From: an uncultured Pseudomonadota bacterium
GTDB taxonomy: Bacteria; Pseudomonadota; Alphaproteobacteria; Acetobacterales; Acetobacteraceae
DNA: 64,000 bases
Direction of reading: 5' to 3'
NCBI GenBank assembly: GCA_963778105.1
Contig: CAVZSZ010000004.1
Span: 18,893 to 82,892, forward strand
Within the stretch, counting starts at the first letter, position 1, and each line of letters begins with the position of its first letter. A model generated the notes under the pieces. It had not been told where the DNA came from and ran no database searches. It was given only the letters and a program-made list of their open reading frames with translations. This document shows, piece after piece, positions 8,707-18,666 of the stretch. Both the position numbers and the translations under genes were made by a program.

Positions 8707-8816
8707 GGCTACCAATGCTGCGGGAGCTACTGCATGCGGCCGGCCCACCGCTCCTCGACGGCACTGCCGCGCATCGAAGGCAGTGCGGCGTTGCAGTTCG
8801 TCCACCGACACGGTCC
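8707..8816 (+). repeat. 110-bp repeat, copy 1 (partner 54210-54320, inverted)
   Basis: By-eye gap-free alignment gives 17 mismatches in 110 nt (about 85% identity) to the reverse complement of 54210-54320. Confidence 0.6.
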
Positions 8817-8965
8817 ATGCTCTTGTCTTCACACACATTGTGGCCGCCCTGTTAAGGTTCAAAGCCTCCGGCAAATCCGGTGCGGTTCAGTCGTTGACCT
8901 GAGTCTGGCTTGGTCCTGCTCCAACATCCTCGACGGAGCGCCAAAGTGAAATGATAACGCTAATG

Positions 8966-10236
8966 CTAAATTCTTGACGCACGCCGCGCTCTCGATCGCA
9001 GCGCCCAGTCAAGACGCGCGGACCTATCACCGGGCACGGCAATGCTCGCCGCCAGCCCGTCATTAACTTCCCGTTTGGTCGGCAGGTGCAGATACGCCGG
9101 CAAGCGTCGGCGCTTGCCGGTCGCCGGATCGATTTTCTGTGTAAAATTGTCGACGCCTTTGGCCGCCGACGGGTCCGTTGCCCGCAAGACTCGCATGTCA
9201 ACGGCACCGGCCTCAATGAGCGGCAGCCAGACGCGTGACGGAAGCGTAACAATGTCTTCACCGCGTGTCCTGTGGGCTTGCGAGTATGTCTCGCTCGGCC
9301 AATCCAGGCCGTCTGGCAGTGCGGGGCGGCGCTGAGTGGCCGTTTTGGCCGTTCGCGCGGGGGGCGGTTTGAGCGGGCCTTCCCGAAGCGCCGCGGGCAG
9401 GCCCGGCGGCCCGTGCCGCATCGCCAGCGACGCAAGTGCATTGAGGCGATCGCGCGTTTCACCACCGATCGCGGCGGTGCCAACAATCCGTCGCAAGATC
9501 TGCATAGCAGCAGCGACGTTTCCTATCGTCTGGCGCAGGTCGGTGCCATCCAATACCGGTGCCGCCTCTGCGTATAGCGCGATGGCGCGGCGGATATGGT
9601 TAGCCGCGCGGGATCATCGCGCCCGTTCTCGCCAGTGTGCAGTTGGTACCCGAGGCTCACAGTAGCACTAGCCAGACTGGCGGTTAAGACAGCCCAATCC
9701 AATCGCGGTCCCAGACGATGCCGCAGTTCCCGTGCAAGCTCGAATACTCTGGTCGCCTTGGTGACCCGATTGCCGATCAAGGCGGGTTGCGCACGGCCGT
9801 TGGCTTCGCGCAGCAACGTGGTGGCCAGGTTGTGCTGGGTCCGGGCCCATGCGAGCGGAGCCACGTCGCGCGGCTGCAAAGCGAGCGCCTCGCGATAGAC
9901 CCAACCGGCCTCGGCGTGGCGCCCGAGCTCGGCGAAGGCAGTGCCAAGGTTGTTGAGAGACCGGCCGCGCTCCTCGCGATCTGGTGGCCGTCCAGTGCTG
10001 CCCAATACGCCGCGATGGCCAGCTCCGTCTGCCCGAGCGCCATTAATGCATTGCCCAGATTGTCGTGCAAATGCGACCAATGTGCGGGGGCGTCGACGGA
10101 GGCGGCGGCAATTTCTCGCAGCTTCCTCACCGCTGTCTCGATGCGAGCGGTGTCTCTCTCCCGTTCGCCCGGCATCCACAGGACCATCGCCGAGCCAAGC
10201 CGCCTCCGCCCCCTTCGCCGTCGGGATCCGGATCAA
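8966..10236 (-). pseudogene. decayed TPR-repeat protein gene (several frame changes)
   Basis: TPR-like segments (HDNLGNALMALGQTELAIAAYWAAL; LNNLGTAFAELGRHAEAGWVYREALAL; THNLATTLL) are split over three overlapping minus-strand frames: 9777-10187, 9523-10236 and 8966-9553. Confidence 0.4.
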
Positions 10237-10297
10237 GCAGCGCGGTCCCCTTTAGCTCAAATCATATGTGCTGAGCGCTTCGAAAGTCCCTCATTGA

Positions 10298-10340
10298 TTT
10301 CTAGCTGGGACTATTAGGGCCCAGATCCGGACCACACCTA
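10298..10340 (+). pseudogene. HtrA/DegP-like serine protease remnant, piece left of the IS composite
   Basis: FLAGTIRAQIRTTP joins in frame, across the element and one TA, to RTLADDYMQVDAAINHGNSGG at 14743. Upstream is closed by TGA at 10295. Confidence 0.45.
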
Positions 10341-10400
10341 GGCTCAGGACCCTTTACGCGGCTCGGCGCGGTGTGATTCTAAGCGGATCGGAGGTGTCCA

Positions 10401-11155
10401 ATGTCCGATCTGATCTTGCTTTCGCGCGCCCACATGCGTCGCATCGAACCGTTTTTCCCACGTTCTCGGGGCCTGGTGCGAGTGGATGATCGCCGAGTGA
10501 TCAGCGGGATTATCTATGTCATCCGACACGGTCTGCAATGGAAGGACGCACCACGCGGCTACGGGCCACACAAGACGCTCTACAATCGCTTTATTCGCTG
10601 GAGCCGGCTTGGAGTGTTCTCACGTATCTTCGCGGCCCTCGCCGCCGAGGCGGGCTTACCCGAGAGGCTGATGATCGATAGCACCCACCTCAAGGCGCAC
10701 CGCACCGCTGCCAGCCTGCTGCAAAAGGGGGTCCTGTTCGCTGTATCGGCCGCACCAAAGGCGGCCTGAACTCCAAACTCCATGCCGTTTGCGACGGACA
10801 GGGCCGCCCGGTGGCGCTATTGCTGACCGAAGGCCAGATGAGCGACCACAAAGGAGCAGCCTTGCTCCTGCCCACCTTGCCTCCTGCGCGTGAACTGCTC
10901 GGCGACCGCGGCTACGACAGCAACCGCTTCCGAGCTGCGCTGACCGAACGCGGCATCACCCCCTGCATTCCGTCAACCAAAAGCCGCAAGATCGCCTTGC
11001 CCTACGACAAGATGCTGTATCGCCAGCGCCATCGAATCGAAAACGCCTTCTGTCGCATCAAGGACTGGCGCCGCATCGCGACACGCTACGACCGATGCGC
11101 ACACGCCTTCTTCTCAGCCATTTGCATCGCCGCTACCGTCATCTTCTGGCTCTGA
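10401..11155 (+). CDS. IS5-family DDE transposase (orfA 10401-10769 plus orfB frame, joined by -1 frameshift)
   Basis: OrfA reads MSDLILLSRAHMRRIEPFFP...HGLQWKDAP. The -1 frame continues IGRTKGGLNSKLHAVCDGQGRPVALLLTEGQMSDHKGA...DRGYDS...RHRIENAF. Confidence 0.85.
10723..10731 (+). other. probable programmed -1 ribosomal frameshift site AAAAGGGGG (mirror site 14350-14358 in copy B)
   Basis: The orfB frame is open and transposase-like from just after this run. The orfA frame ends 38 nt downstream. Confidence 0.5.
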
Positions 11156-12749
11156 TACAGAGTCCTGAGCCTAACCCTCAATAACCTAGCGTACTGAGAC
11201 GGACGGGCAATGGGCCTCGGACGATATTTAAGATCAGTTGAGAGGAGGGGCTCATCTTGCTTAAAGAGAACATTCGAGCTTGCATTTTGAGGCTGAAAGA
11301 GTCCGAAGGTTTCTAGTGATAGGGAGTCACTATGCTAGTTGACGCTGGCGCTCCGCAATGGCAACCAAAACGCGCTATGGCAGGGTGCTTCGTCCGCTAG
11401 CACTCTTGACCGGCAGCTCAGCAGCTGCTGCGACAGGCCCGTTGGCGTCGCCAGGATATGAGTTCGCGTCCGACGCGTAAAGGCAGCTATGGGACCCCGA
11501 TGCTGCAGAGTCGCATTGCGTCCACCCGCCCAGCCGTCCTGTTAGGGTGGCGGATCCGGATGGGGAATGACCGAGCAGTTGATGACTGTGGTGGTCGGAC
11601 GCCAGCCACCTAAGTAGGGGTTACCCAGACCGGGCGGATCGATGTTCACGCTCATCAAAAAGCCCTTCACGGCTTAGGCCTCTGCTCATCCATCGAAAGA
11701 ATTTGATGGACCTTGTCGGCGCTGACCGCGGCTTGCGTCTAGATATTGACATGAGAATCCCATAGCGGACTGTAGGTGTTGTCGCGGGAGGCAACGTCAT
11801 TCCGCCGCCCGATCGGAAAGACGTTTATGGGGTCAATTCCGCCATTCGCAAGCGCGGTTGAGAAGCCTTGCTCCTCGCCCGACCCTTCGTCGGTCGGTCC
11901 GTTCAGCACGGGCAAAAAGCCTAGGAGCGCCGACGCATCACTTGGCAGCGACTAACCGAATCTGGGGATCATTGCGAGACGCGGCGCGAAGACGCTCTTC
12001 TCGAGCACAACCTATCGTCCGATGAGCAATCTTGAAATCCGACGTATCAGAAATAACATAGAACACGTCGTTTTCAATTGGAGACGGTCCGCAGAACAGC
12101 GGCAGCGTGATCGTCGCATGCCGATAGATAAAGTACACCGCGAGAGCGCTCTTCACATAGACGTGGTCGCCCGACCTGAAGGCCCCTCCGTGGCCGGGAC
12201 TATAGAGATGGTCAGCTCGCCTCCTTCGGCTCGGTGGTGAATATCGACGACGCATCTGTCATGGCGCTGCGGGCGTTCGCCGCGAACACCTGGGTAGCAG
12301 CGATCCCGGCACTATCAATGGGACTGCAGCGGCGACCAGCTTCATGTCGTGGACGTTCTCGCGCACGGGGCTGAGACGGCGGCGCTGGGTGCCGCTACCT
12401 CCTCAAACTGTGCTAAGACCTCAAAGCCATCCAATCCACTTTCTACGTCGAATTCAGCAGCGGAAATCATCCCCAGGATGGGAGACGCCACCGGACGAGA
12501 CCCGAGCTGCGATCTTTGCCCTAGGTAGGTGTCTTGCTTGGGATGGCACGGTGCTGTGGTGTGAGCTGCGGCCGGTGAATGGGAAAGGCATCAAAACCAT
12601 GCAGGAAAGGTATTGGCGGCGGCGAGGCGGTCGGTGTCCTCTTGCTTGATGAGCGGCACGAGAAGAATGTTCGTTTCAACGCAGCCGTCCGGGAAGATCA
12701 AAGATGGAGCTGCAGTACCGGTAGCGGCGATCCGTTTTTGGGGTTGGAA

Positions 12750-13595
12750 ATGCTCGTCGGCCTTACTCGGCGCAGTGTCCTCGGTTCTGGTGCCGGCTTG
12801 CTCTTCTTGCGGCTTCATCCGGATGCTTCCGGCGATGCAGAGATAGTGCGCCGGCCGGAAATGTTTGTGTTCCAGGCGCCGTGCAGCGGCCGGCCCGTAT
12901 TTGCCGCACTGTTCCCTGCAATCATGACGTGCTCCCTATCGCCGCCATCGTCTATGCTGGATGTGCGCTTTCATGCTGGCGAGATGAGCTGGTCAGCCGG
13001 CGGCAACCGCTCGGCGCTCGCCGATCAGGCGACAGAGATCCTGAACGCGCGCCTTTTCTCTGGCGAGGTGTTCGGTCACCGAGCATCTGTCGTTGAGCGG
13101 TTCAGTGCAGCGGTGGTCGAACTCCCCCTGGGACTGCTGTCTACCGGGCACAGCCTGGGGGTTTGGGCGGAAGCTTGGCGGCCAGACGGATCGCGCATAA
13201 GGATCGGAAGTCCCTTCGTCGCAAACCTTCTTGCCGGTGATACGGCTTTATCAGACGCCTATAACGCTGCATCTCCCGCGCAGGACCGCGCTTTGCTCGC
13301 CGCACCTCTCGAGCGGCGTATCGCCACCCTTGCAGCGGCCGGCGGCCGCATTGCCGATTCCGTGTCCTACGCGCGGCGCCTCGCCGCGCGGCTGCTGCCC
13401 GACGTCATTCCATATCGCCACGACCTGCCGGTCGGCTTCAACGTCGCGAGCCAGAATGGGCGTCATCCGGCTGACGACACGGCGTCCGTCGTGACAACCG
13501 TGACGACAGATGCCGTCACGTTCCGAGCGAGAGCCACGCGCTTCCCGTTGAGCCAATCCTTTCCTTATTTCCAGCCGCTGGGCGCAACCGCCTAG
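12750..13595 (+). CDS. hypothetical exported protein (twin-arginine-like signal)
   Basis: MLVGLTRRSVLGSGAGLLFL at the chosen start. The C-terminal NGRHPADDTASVV motif faintly recalls DUF4331 proteins. Cargo of the composite element. Confidence 0.4.
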   Translation: MLVGLTRRSVLGSGAGLLFLRLHPDASGDAEIVRRPEMFVFQAPCSGRPVFAALFPAIMTCSLSPPSSMLDVRFHAGEMSWSAGGNRSALADQATEILNARLFSGEVFGHRASVVERFSAAVVELPLGLLSTGHSLGVWAEAWRPDGSRIRIGSPFVANLLAGDTALSDAYNAASPAQDRALLAAPLERRIATLAAAGGRIADSVSYARRLAARLLPDVIPYRHDLPVGFNVASQNGRHPADDTASVVTTVTTDAVTFRARATRFPLSQSFPYFQPLGATA

Positions 13596-13909
13596 TGCCT
13601 TGATTAACTTTGCAAGGCCGCTGCGTGTCCCACCATTTCGATCCCTCGACCGCCCCGGAGGGTCCGAGAATCAACGTCTGCGATTTCTATCTTTTTGGCG
13701 GACGTTCCGGTTCTATCTGAATAAAGAGCAACCAGAGGAGGTGGCCTTCAAGTTACGATTTGGTGAAGTCACTCACGTGCATAGTGACGAGCATCGCCAC
13801 ATTCAAACGCTTGAAGTCCGTCATGCCACGGGCGGCGCCACCTTGCTTGGGTTCGACGGCAATCTGATGCTAGCCGGGTACACCGGCAAAGTGACAGAGG
13901 CGGGCACTA

Positions 13910-14740
13910 GGCTCAGGACTCTGTATCAGAGCCAGAAGATGACGGTAGCGGCGATGCAAATGGCTGAGAAGAAGGCGTGTGCGCATCGGTCGTAGCGTGT
14001 CGCGATGCGGCGCCAGTCCTTGATGCGACAGAAGGCGTTTTCAATTCGATGGCGCTGGCGATACAGCATCTTGTCGTAGGGCAAGGCGATCTTGCGGCTT
14101 TTGGTTGACGGAATGCAGGGGGTGATGCCGCGTTCGGTCAGCGCAGCTCGGAAGCGGTTGCTGTCGTAGCCGCGGTCGCCGAGCAGTTCACGCGCAGGAG
14201 GCAAGGTGGGCAGGAGCAAGGCTGCTCCTTTGTGGTCGCTCATCTGGCCTTCGGTCAGCAATAGCGCCACCGGGCGGCCCTGTCCGTCGCAAACGGCATG
14301 GAGTTTGGAGTTCAGGCCGCCTTTGGTGCGGCCGATACAGCGAACAGGACCCCCTTTTGCAGCAGGCTGGCAGCGGTGCGGTGCGCCTTGAGGTGGGTGC
14401 TATCGATCATCAGCCTCTCGGGTAAGCCCGCCTCGGCGGCGAGGGCCGCGAAGATACGTGAGAACACTCCAAGCCGGCTCCAGCGAATAAAGCGATTGTA
14501 GAGCGTCTTGTGTGGCCCGTAGCCGCGTGGTGCGTCCTTCCATTGCAGACCGTGTCGGATGACATAGATAATCCCGCTGATCACTCGGCGATCATCCACT
14601 CGCACCAGGCCCCGAGAACGTGGGAAAAACGGTTCGATGCGACGCATGTGGGCGCGCGAAAGCAAGATCAGATCGGACATTGGACACCTCCGATCCGCTT
14701 AGAATCACACCGCGCCGAGCCGCGTAAAGGGTCCTGAGCC
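13910..14740 (-). mobile_element. IS5-family (IS427-group-like) insertion sequence, copy B, 831 bp, inverted relative to copy A
   Basis: Same termini and identical ORF translations. At least one synonymous difference was seen (11038 C versus 14043 A on the plus strand). Confidence 0.85.
13926..14680 (-). CDS. IS5-family DDE transposase (orfA 14312-14680, orfB 13926-14270, -1 frameshift)
   Basis: Translations are identical to copy A. Confidence 0.85.
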
Positions 14741-14742
14741 TA

Positions 14743-15565
14743 GGACGCTCGCCGACGACTACATGCAGGTTGATGCGGCGATCAACCATGGCAATTCTGG
14801 CGGTCTGTTGTTCGATGCCGTGGGCCAGGTCATCAGCGTCAAAACAGCGTTCTTTGCGCCCGATGGTGCGGGGGGCTGGGTTCGCCTTGGGTTTGCCATT
14901 CCGTCAACTGACGTCGTTTGGATGGTTGATCAGATCCGTAGGTCGCACGGTGTCAATCCGGGCTCTATCGACATGCAAGTGCAGACTGTCCCCCGCGAGT
15001 TCGTGCAAGCCTATGGGCGTACGGAGCTCGGCGGTGCGATCATCGTGGCTCTTAAGCCCGGAAGTGTTGCCGCGAAGCCCGGTTTGCTGCCCGACGATAT
15101 CGTGTTGGGCATCGATACGCGACCAGTAACGGATGTTGGAGCCCGGGCGTGGGAAGTCGCCAAGATCCCGCCTGGCAAAATCGCCACGATGCATATTGGG
15201 CGCCATGGGCACGCGACGACACTGCCAGTGCCGACGGTGGAATCCGACGGTGGCGACGACATGGCGGACATGGCCGTACCGATGAGCGCGGGGAGGTCGA
15301 CAAGGGAATGCGGGTGCCGCATCTCGGCCTTCATCTCGTTCCGCTGTCGCCGGAACTGCGCCATAAATGGAATTTCAGGGCGAGCCAAGCGGACCTGCTG
15401 ATTTGCAGCGCCGCGCCGCTCACCATCGCCGACGATCACGGACTACGACCTGTCGCTGTCGTTGCGGCGGTGATGGACACCCAGGTCATTTCTCCCGACC
15501 AGGCACCAAGTCTCCTCACGTCCATGAAAGGCGAGGGGGCTCTATATGTCACTCTCTCACTGTAG
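14743..15565 (+). pseudogene. HtrA/DegP-like serine protease remnant (catalytic-Ser region plus two PDZ domains, internal frameshift)
   Basis: DDYMQVDAAINHGNSGG (Ser-box) then PDZ-like GGAIIVALKPGSVAAKPGLLPDDIVLGID. A second PDZ (LGLHLVPLSPELRHKW...) continues in another frame (15149-15565). The N-terminal His/Asp half is absent. Confidence 0.75.
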
Positions 15566-15795
15566 CTAGCGAGAACGGGCTGCGAAGGGTTCCCGTTCCT
15601 ATCGCCGACGGTATCCCTTAGAGGAACGCGTGATGCCGAGCGCACATTGGAACGATAGCCGAATAGCATTTCCCCGGCCCCTTATCGTTCCATACCACTC
15701 AAGTATTGATTGCGGCAGTGGGCTAAAGTCGGTGGGCAGGGAGCCACACGTCGAGCCCCTCCGATTACTGCACCAGCTATGGGCAAAGGTTTGTC

Positions 15796-17208
15796 ATGGT
15801 CAACCAGGAGCGCTTCGATGTCCTGATCCTCGGTAGCGGAACGGGCGGCACGTCGCTCGCGCTACACTTGGCAGATGTCGGCCAGCGGGTTGCTATCGTT
15901 GAGCGGCGTTGGGTAGGCGGCGCGTGTCCCAATACCAACTGTCTGCCGAGCAAGAACGAGATCTGGAGTGCGAAGATTGTAAGTTTGGCTCGCCAGTATG
16001 CCGAAAGCCTCCGGCCAGGAGGGATGTCGATTGCCGTCGACATGGGGCAGGTGCGGCACCGCAAGCGCTCGATGGTCGCAGAACTTAACGCGGCGGTCGT
16101 CGGTGCATTCAAGGCGAGCGATGTGACGTTGATAATGGGGCACGGCCGCTTCATCGCGACCAGAACCGTCGAAATCGCACTCAACGCCGGTGGATCGCGC
16201 ACCGTCACCGCGGATCGCGTTTTCCTCAATCTCGGAACCCGCGCGGCGATCCCGGACGTCCCCGGCTTGGCGGCGGCAGGCCCAATGACGAATATCGACG
16301 CGCTTGATCTTGGCTACCTACCATCACATCTTGTGGTGCTCGGCGGCGGCTATGTCGGACTCGAACTCGCCCAGGCATTTCGGCGTTTCGGTAGCGGCGT
16401 GACGCTGCTGGAGCAGGGGCCTCAGCTTGTCGGTCACGAGGACCCAGACGTGGGTGCCGAGATTGCCAATGTCCTGACAGAGGAAGGCGTTGACGTTGTA
16501 ACCATGGCCGAAACTGTGCTTGTGGGTGGCCGGTCGGGACCGGGCGTGCAAATCGACGTCCGATGCCCTTCCGGAATGCGGGCCATCGTGGCAAGCGATC
16601 TTCTTGTTGCTTCTGGGCGCATTCCGAATACCACTGGAATCGGCCTCGAGATCGCCGGTGTTAACCTCGATGATCATGGCTACGTCGCCGTAGGCGAACG
16701 GCTGGAGACGAGCGCGACGGACGTGTGGGCGATAGGCGAGTGTGCCGGAGGTCCCCAGTTTACGCATGTTTCGTTCGACGACTTCCGCGTCCTCCGTGAC
16801 AATCTGGCTGGAGGCAGTCGTACGACACGCGACCGCTTGGTCCCGTACTGCGTCTTTACGGACCCTCCGATCGTGCGGGTTGGCCTGAACGAGTCCGAGG
16901 CGCAATCGCGGGGCATCTCCGTCCGGGTCGCCAGGTTGCCGATTGCGTCGGTGCTCCGGGCGAAGACAACTGGTGAGACGACTGGATTCATGAAATTGGT
17001 CGTCGATATGGCAACTGATTGTATTCTCGGCTTCACCATAATCGGCTCCGAAGCCGGCGAGGTTGCGGCCGTGATACAGACTGCCATGATGGCGGGACTC
17101 CCCTATACCGCCATGCGCGACATTATCTTCGTGCATCCGACGATGGCGGAAGGGCTAATTGCGCTTATGTCAAACGTGCCGCCGCGACCGACCACCGCCG
17201 CGGTCTGA
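15796..17208 (+). CDS. pyridine nucleotide-disulfide oxidoreductase (mercuric/glutathione reductase-like class I flavoprotein)
   Basis: FDVLILGSGTGG dinucleotide fold, redox-active GGACPNTNCLPSK, second Rossmann VVLGGGYVGLE, and a C-terminal dimerisation domain with HPTMAE. Confidence 0.85.
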   Translation: MVNQERFDVLILGSGTGGTSLALHLADVGQRVAIVERRWVGGACPNTNCLPSKNEIWSAKIVSLARQYAESLRPGGMSIAVDMGQVRHRKRSMVAELNAAVVGAFKASDVTLIMGHGRFIATRTVEIALNAGGSRTVTADRVFLNLGTRAAIPDVPGLAAAGPMTNIDALDLGYLPSHLVVLGGGYVGLELAQAFRRFGSGVTLLEQGPQLVGHEDPDVGAEIANVLTEEGVDVVTMAETVLVGGRSGPGVQIDVRCPSGMRAIVASDLLVASGRIPNTTGIGLEIAGVNLDDHGYVAVGERLETSATDVWAIGECAGGPQFTHVSFDDFRVLRDNLAGGSRTTRDRLVPYCVFTDPPIVRVGLNESEAQSRGISVRVARLPIASVLRAKTTGETTGFMKLVVDMATDCILGFTIIGSEAGEVAAVIQTAMMAGLPYTAMRDIIFVHPTMAEGLIALMSNVPPRPTTAAV

Positions 17209-17442
17209 GCGGACCCGAGGGTTACGCCATTTATTCCTGGATGGATTAGAGCGCGGAATATCGGCAGTGCATCGGGACGATACGTTCTTGGTATTTCCCA
17301 CATCGCGCCGAAGGCCATAGGGTCGCTCCGACTGCAGAATCATTACGGCTGGATGGGCTCGCCACTCAATTCTGTAGTCAACGGATTTCCGAACAATGCC
17401 GTCCACTCCTTAAACCTTATCCCGAAGGCTTCGACCCACGCG

Positions 17443-18630
17443 ATGACCATCATGTCTAGTAAAGCGACGAGCGGCCGCCAGCCGCCCATCGCATCGATGC
17501 CTGCAAAGGAACATGGCGCCGTGAGAGCCATCCCAGAAAAGCAAGTTGCCTTGGTTCTTCAGGGCGGCGGGGCGTTGGGTGCCTACCAAGCTGGCGTGTA
17601 TGAGTGCCTGTCGCAGACGCCGTATGCTCCTCAGTGGATCGCCGGTATTTCAATCGGTGCCATCAACGCAGCCATTATAGCGGGAAATGCTCCAGCTGAA
17701 CGTGTCACCAAATTGCGGACGTTCTGGGAAGGGATCTCGGAGACCTCTGCCGTTTGGCCTGACTTCAACGTCGAAGCGATACGTGGCGTTATGCGGCAGG
17801 CCGGATCGGCCGCAGCGCTGCTCTTCGGTGCGCCCGGGTTCTTCCGTCCCAGCCTGTATGACGCTTGGCTACAGGGACGAGCGCCTACCAGCTATTACGA
17901 CACAGCTGGTCTGAAGCTGACGCTGGAGCGTTTGGTCGATTTCGACAGGATCAATGCGGGGGAGGTCCGTTTGAGCCTAGGCGCCGTTGATGTCGAGACC
18001 GGAAACCTTGCTTACTTTGATAATTCGCGCACGCACATCCGCCCTGAACACGTGATGGCAAGCGGCGCGTTGCCCCCAGGGTTTCCCGCTGTGGAGATCG
18101 ACGGCGCGCGCTACTGGGACGGCGGCCTGGTGTCGAATACGCCCCTGCAATATGTTCTCGACTCAATACCACGCCACAGTACAATCGCATTTCAGGTCGA
18201 TCTGTTTCCGTCGTACGGCCGATTTCCACAATCAATGGAAGAGGTCAACGAGCGAGAAAAGGACATTCGCTACTCCAGTCGGACGCGTGCCGGGACTGAC
18301 GCTTTTCGCGAGAAACACGACCTACGTCGTCAAGTCGGCCTTCTTATTGAGAAGCTGCCAGAGGGCTTGGTCGACGATCCCCTTGTGCGAGAGCTACGCA
18401 AGGCCGCGTGTCTGACCACGATGGATATCGTCCATCTTATCTTCCGGCCGGACACGCAGCTTGGACCATCGAAGGACTACGACTTCGGGCGCGGATCGGC
18501 GTTGCAGCGTTGGGAAGAGGGCTTCAAAGACGCCAGGGCGACGCTCGATCTGGCGCCTTGGTTGGAGCCACCACCCCCCGACGTCGGGGTTCGGGTCTTC
18601 GACGTGCTCAGGCACAACGCTCGCCGGTAG
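17443..18630 (+). CDS. patatin-like phospholipase family protein
   Basis: LVLQGGGALGAYQAGV oxyanion motif, nucleophile elbow GISIGA, and DGG near WDGGLVSNTP. Start chosen at MTIMSS. Confidence 0.85.
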   Translation: MTIMSSKATSGRQPPIASMPAKEHGAVRAIPEKQVALVLQGGGALGAYQAGVYECLSQTPYAPQWIAGISIGAINAAIIAGNAPAERVTKLRTFWEGISETSAVWPDFNVEAIRGVMRQAGSAAALLFGAPGFFRPSLYDAWLQGRAPTSYYDTAGLKLTLERLVDFDRINAGEVRLSLGAVDVETGNLAYFDNSRTHIRPEHVMASGALPPGFPAVEIDGARYWDGGLVSNTPLQYVLDSIPRHSTIAFQVDLFPSYGRFPQSMEEVNEREKDIRYSSRTRAGTDAFREKHDLRRQVGLLIEKLPEGLVDDPLVRELRKAACLTTMDIVHLIFRPDTQLGPSKDYDFGRGSALQRWEEGFKDARATLDLAPWLEPPPPDVGVRVFDVLRHNARR

Positions 18631-18666
18631 CGGCCGCACCTTGCGTGATAGGAAGGAAGTAAGCCG

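Larger units (their letters stand above)
10341..11171 (+). mobile_element. IS5-family (IS427-group-like) insertion sequence, copy A, 831 bp
   Basis: Terminal inverted repeats GGCTCAGGAC / GTCCTGAGCC. Two-ORF transposase. TA on each side. Confidence 0.85.
10339..14742. mobile_element. composite-transposon-like unit: two inverted IS5/IS427-group copies flanking about 2.7 kb of lower-GC cargo, with TA at both outer junctions
   Basis: Outer flanks are TA at 10339-10340 and 14741-14742. Removing the unit plus one TA restores an HtrA reading frame. Confidence 0.55.

Noticed and set aside
8760-8795. 7-bp stem CACTGCC...GGCAGTG inside repeat copy 1, considered as evidence for a structured RNA
   Set aside because: The pairing is not maintained in copy 2 (CACCGCC...GGAAGTG) and shows no compensatory changes. 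The substitution pattern fits coding sequence better.
11938-12255. 105-aa minus-strand ORF in the transposon cargo, with a GDHVYV motif that briefly suggested an S24/S26 peptidase fragment
   Set aside because: There is only one short motif, no catalytic Ser/Lys context that I could align, and an Arg-rich N-terminus. Evidence is not sufficient to call a gene.
15649-15691. 9-bp inverted repeat GGAACGATA-N25-TATCGTTCC upstream of the flavoprotein reductase gene
   Set aside because: The spacer is too long for a terminator hairpin, there is no second copy in the window, and no adjacent regulator gene. It could be chance.
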